Of a stretch of 64,000 nt of DNA, positions 59,960 to 64,000 are shown piece after piece. Numbering within the stretch: the stretch's first letter is position 1; every line of letters begins with the position of its first letter. A program made the translations under genes and the position numbers. The notes under the pieces were generated by a model. That model saw only the letters and a list, made by a program, of their open reading frames with translations. It had not been told where the DNA came from and did no database searches. The stretch comes from Oculina patagonica (lineage: Eukaryota), in contig NC_135770.1 in NCBI RefSeq assembly GCF_052425735.1, positions 2,170,001-2,234,000 of the forward strand, given 5' to 3'.

Positions 59960-61461
59960 AGCAACTGACAAGGATGGCGTCTTCCTGAATGACCGCTTAT
60001 TGCCAAAAAAATAAAATAAACTTGAGCTGGGGACCAGGCGCTGTTTACCTAAAACAAAATTATAATGGTTAGAGTTTGATGTTATTAAATGTATGCAGAT
60101 TTAATAAATTTTAAAGATTTTATAAATGTAATCTTACCGTAATGATTCGATTTAGCGCCCGGGCGCTTATTTACTTTTGGCATCTTAAGAGAGGGCGCTT
60201 ATTCTAGACAGGGCGCTTATTCGGGACAGGGCGCTTATTTAATTTTTTGAGAAACAACCAAATGTTTAAAACAAAATTTTAATAAATATTAAAATAACTA
60301 ACAATAACAGAAACTGTAACAAATTGTTGAAAGTTCAGTTACTTTTAGAAGAAATTTTCATTTTAGCAGTAAATATATACCTGTACGGTGAGTGTTCATG
60401 AGTTTATCTAACCGAACTTAGCAGAATTATGTGTCCTAATGTTTCCTAACCGCCCCGAACCCTGTTCTTGTTAACTCGGAGCCAATCAGGATTAACTTTC
60501 GTGTTGTATGGGTTTCTGATGTCTTTAGGAAAGAATTCCTGAATTCCTGCTACTGACCCCCAACTTGACTCTGTTTAGTGCCTCAAAGAAGGAATCTGTT
60601 CATTTCAGTTTTATTTCAAGCAAAACCATTGACGGCCTAAATGAGGGTCTGTAATAGGGGGTCGCACATCCCGCAATCCGCAACAGTTTGTTCTTCCTAG
60701 ACTGCAAACAGCTTTCGTTTTATTGGACTGAAACCGCCCTTATTTTCTGGACCGTAAACCACCAGATAAGTACGGATGTACTATAAGCTACTAAATTTGG
60801 AAAATTATTATGAAACAAGAATCGAAAACAACAAACTGACAAATAAAGATTTGCATGCCAAAACAATTGATGTTCAACTTTCCACACTTCAGCTCACTTC
60901 ACTTATTACACTTAGTTTGATTGTCATCTAGCTGCTAATCGAGAGCAGGCCGAAAGGGCAAGAGATAGAGTTCCTATCCGTTGCAAATTGTTATCTTTCT
61001 TTTTATTTTTCCGTTTTGTTTTTTGAAGGTTAGGCAAAAAAATAATATCATTGGAAAAATTAAGTTTTGGTCTATCTCAAGAAAACTGGTATTAACACAA
61101 TATTTCGGCTGGTAATTAAGCATGTTAATATTATGTAATTTAATTAGAAATATAGGTAATCAGAGAACAGGTCTAATTCTCTAGAGGCCTTAAAACACTT
61201 GCACGCATTGCGTGCCTATGTTTAACAGGAAACGAATGAAGGATGGAAGGAGTGAAATTCACTTCGCTCATTCTAAATCTTTTCCGAGTTAAAAATGGCT
61301 TAAACCGCCAGTATAATAGACCCTCTCTTAATGGTCCTTATCCCGTCTCTGATTGGTAGGAACGCAGTAAATCGACAATAAACACTTAAGGCATATTTTT
61401 AGCTAACACAGGAATCGTGAGTCAGCATTGAGTCATCATAAAATTGTGAAAACTATGTAAG

Positions 61462-63339
61462 ATGGGGGCCTGCCAACAGCCTGCTGATACTTTGGAGCAA
61501 GCTGTTCCAATTACATGTGAAGATAATTTCAACGAAATCTTTATGCCAAAAGACACACTCGATCAGCCATGCGACGTTGTTTTGGTGGTCGAAGATGGAA
61601 AAGAATTCAAAGCTCACAGGCGAATCCTTTCAGAGGCAAGCCCTTTCTTTGAAAAGCTGCTGAACAGCGACATGAAAGAGTCTAAAGAAGGACTAGTGCG
61701 GCTGGAGATGTTTTCAGATTCTGTTACGGCGGCTATACTGGAGTTTATTTACACCGGCGATGTAAAAATATTGGATGAAGACAATGCCCGAGACGTGATC
61801 GTTATGGCCGATTATTTGTTTCTTGAGAAACTGAAAACTCTCGCTGGGAGAGTTTTAGTACAGAAGTTGAACATTTCAAATTGTATTTCAACTTACTATT
61901 TTTCTGAAACATATCAATGCGAAGAACTGCTTTCCAAGACAAAGAATTTCATCCTTGCAAATTTCACCGCCGTGTACGCAGCGAACCGGGAAGATGTTTT
62001 GAATATGTCGAACAAGGAAGTTGAAATGTGGATTTCAAGTGATGAAATAAATGTTGACGCTGAGGAAGACGTTTTTAAGACAATTCTAGCATGGATTGAT
62101 CATGAAAGAAGCGCGCGAGAAAAATATTTCGCAGAGTTATTCCGTCAAGTTAGACTTGTTTATGTATCGCAAGACTTTTTGATTGGTGATGTCGTGACAA
62201 ATGATCTCGTGAAAGACAGTGAAGGCTGTTTGGATCTCGTTAAGGGTGCTATGAACTTAAGTGACTCTAAAAACCTTGCTGATAGTTTCTCTGTACCGCC
62301 AAGAAAGTCGCTAGAGACCCCCGTTATGGTAATTGACGGATGTCAAGATATTAATTGTTTTTTTCCTCGTGAGAATAGCTGGTGTATGTTAGGTGAGCTG
62401 CCATCTAAATATAGCATGCTTGCTAATGCTAAATTTGTCCCTTGTAAAGGTAAATTGTATAGTACAGTGATTGAATCTGATTATTATAGACCGCAGTCCT
62501 TGAGCCAAGTTAGTTTTAATCCTTACTCAAACAGCTGGATGAAATTACCAACTTTGAAAGAAGACAGATATTTGAGGCTAATATTTTCCACAAAAGAAGA
62601 CGAAATGTATGCCTTGATGTCGGAACCATGTACTATGGAACATTTACGGAATTGGCGCATCCGCAATGGACGGCGAACAGGTCGCCGTGTTGGCTTTTTT
62701 AAATTAACGTTTTCTGAAACAGGGGAAAAAAAATTCACACCGCAAAAAGAGTGTGGCAACAGAAAACATATTTCATTCCTTACGAAGTACAAACCAGAAT
62801 CAAACTCATGGGGAGATGTCGCATCGTTTGATCATTTGGACCTAAGGGACGATTTTTGCATTGTAGCTAAAGACAATTTTATCTATTTTATTGGCGGTAT
62901 AGAATGGCCTAGCAAAGAATGCACGTTCCTAAGTGATGTTGGAAGATATGACCTAAGTGAAAATCAGTGGCACGACGTTGCCGACATTCAAGCAGCTAGA
63001 AAACGGGCTCACGGAGCTGCGGTGAACGGTAAAGTTTTCATCGCTGGTGGAGTTTACCAGGGAGAATGGCTGCCAAAAAAGCATCAATGTGAAGTGTATG
63101 ATGAAACAACAAATGAATGGCAGTTTATTAGATGCTTCAATTTGAAGACCAGAATTGTAAACCTCTTAGCAGTTGATGAGAAGCTCTATGCTGTGGGTGG
63201 AATATGGATTGAATGTTATAATCCTGACAAGGATGAATGGGAGCGGAAAACTAAAAATCCTTTCCCTCAAACAATAAGAACTGACGCTTTTCCAATGAGA
63301 ATTTTCAAAGGATTAGCTGGAAGCCTTCCCTCTCAATAG
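61462..63339 (+). CDS. Kelch-like protein (BTB-BACK-Kelch), single coding exon, 625 aa
   Basis: BTB (CDVVLVVEDGKEFKAHRRILSEASPFF...ILEFIYTG), BACK (EEDVFKTILAWI...LFRQVRL) and C-terminal Kelch repeats (FIYFIGG, VFIAGG, LYAVGG, YNPDKDEW). The N-terminal propeller blades are degenerate. Confidence 0.93.
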   Translation: MGACQQPADTLEQAVPITCEDNFNEIFMPKDTLDQPCDVVLVVEDGKEFKAHRRILSEASPFFEKLLNSDMKESKEGLVRLEMFSDSVTAAILEFIYTGDVKILDEDNARDVIVMADYLFLEKLKTLAGRVLVQKLNISNCISTYYFSETYQCEELLSKTKNFILANFTAVYAANREDVLNMSNKEVEMWISSDEINVDAEEDVFKTILAWIDHERSAREKYFAELFRQVRLVYVSQDFLIGDVVTNDLVKDSEGCLDLVKGAMNLSDSKNLADSFSVPPRKSLETPVMVIDGCQDINCFFPRENSWCMLGELPSKYSMLANAKFVPCKGKLYSTVIESDYYRPQSLSQVSFNPYSNSWMKLPTLKEDRYLRLIFSTKEDEMYALMSEPCTMEHLRNWRIRNGRRTGRRVGFFKLTFSETGEKKFTPQKECGNRKHISFLTKYKPESNSWGDVASFDHLDLRDDFCIVAKDNFIYFIGGIEWPSKECTFLSDVGRYDLSENQWHDVADIQAARKRAHGAAVNGKVFIAGGVYQGEWLPKKHQCEVYDETTNEWQFIRCFNLKTRIVNLLAVDEKLYAVGGIWIECYNPDKDEWERKTKNPFPQTIRTDAFPMRIFKGLAGSLPSQ

Positions 63340-63577
63340 CCTTAGCTTAATACTACGCAGGTTTTGCTTCGCTTACAAATCACAAACGCGGAAGTGTTTC
63401 ATCTTGTGACTGGATGAACGTTTCGATCGTGAACTGCATGATCCTTTGCAAAATTTAAATTGTAACCTAGTTGTCATTTTCCCTTAAAAATCCCTCTTCG
63501 AGGATGGATAATAAATCATTTCCTTTAAAGTTGATATTCTATGCCAGGAACACGTCGCCACAATGGAGTTATTTTCT

Positions 63578-63700
63578 TTTATATAATAACCTGAATTCTA
63601 CGCGCATTTTGATTGGTTCTTACTGATGATCTATTAGAGTTTATATAATAACCTGAATTCTACGCGCGTTTTGATTGGTTCTTACTTATGATCTATCAGA
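63578..63700. repeat. ~61-bp tandem duplication at the start of a repeat element
   Basis: TTATATAATAACCTGAATTCTACGCGC.TTTTGATTGGTTCTTACT.ATGATCTAT.AGAGT occurs twice. Confidence 0.75.
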
Positions 63701-64000
63701 GTACAGACACATGGTTGACGTCACGCGGTGGTGTGACTCGCGCGCGTGATCAGAGTTCATAGTCCAAATCAGAGTTGTCGGCAAAGTTTTTCAAACTTGC
63801 GGGGCCACAACAAAGCAAAAAAAAAATCAGCTTAATTACAAATCTTTAGTGAGAAACAATACGCTAAGCATCGATCACCTTTCGAAGCATTTAACTGGGC
63901 GAAACAAGCTTGAAGAAGACAGTGAATTATTCGAGAAATTATCCGAAATCTGTATGAAAGTTTGACCGGTGTTGTACAGTTGGACGACGCCACGGGAAGC

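Overview
This is eukaryotic, intron-rich, AT-rich metazoan DNA. The repeat repertoire (tRNA-headed SINEs, pogo/Harbinger/Kolobok-type MITEs, a Crypton, Penelope-type hammerheads) suggests a cnidarian, probably a stony coral; that assignment is inference. Genes were reconstructed by hand from splice sites. In order they are: the 5' part of RPAP1 (-), head-to-head with a 14-exon MOCS3/UBA4 (+); a small PH-domain protein ending in a CaaX box (-), head-to-head with PIGH (+); two tandem ADF/cofilin genes (-); two tandem S28-family serine peptidase genes (+, PRSS16/PRCP-like); and an intronless BTB-BACK-Kelch gene (+). There are four main observations. (1) MOCS3 carries three minor-spliceosome (U12) introns, one of them AT-AC, plus a GC-AG intron. 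(2) A 201-bp insertion flanked by a 13-bp TSD contains a structurally complete type I hammerhead ribozyme. (3) A Crypton tyrosine-recombinase element has a hairpin end, and related short non-autonomous copies occur nearby. (4) A Kolobok-like TTAA element has mirror-image internal promoter-like motifs. The paralogous S28 introns supply empty-site evidence for several of these insertions. All coordinates were counted by hand and may be off by a few bases.
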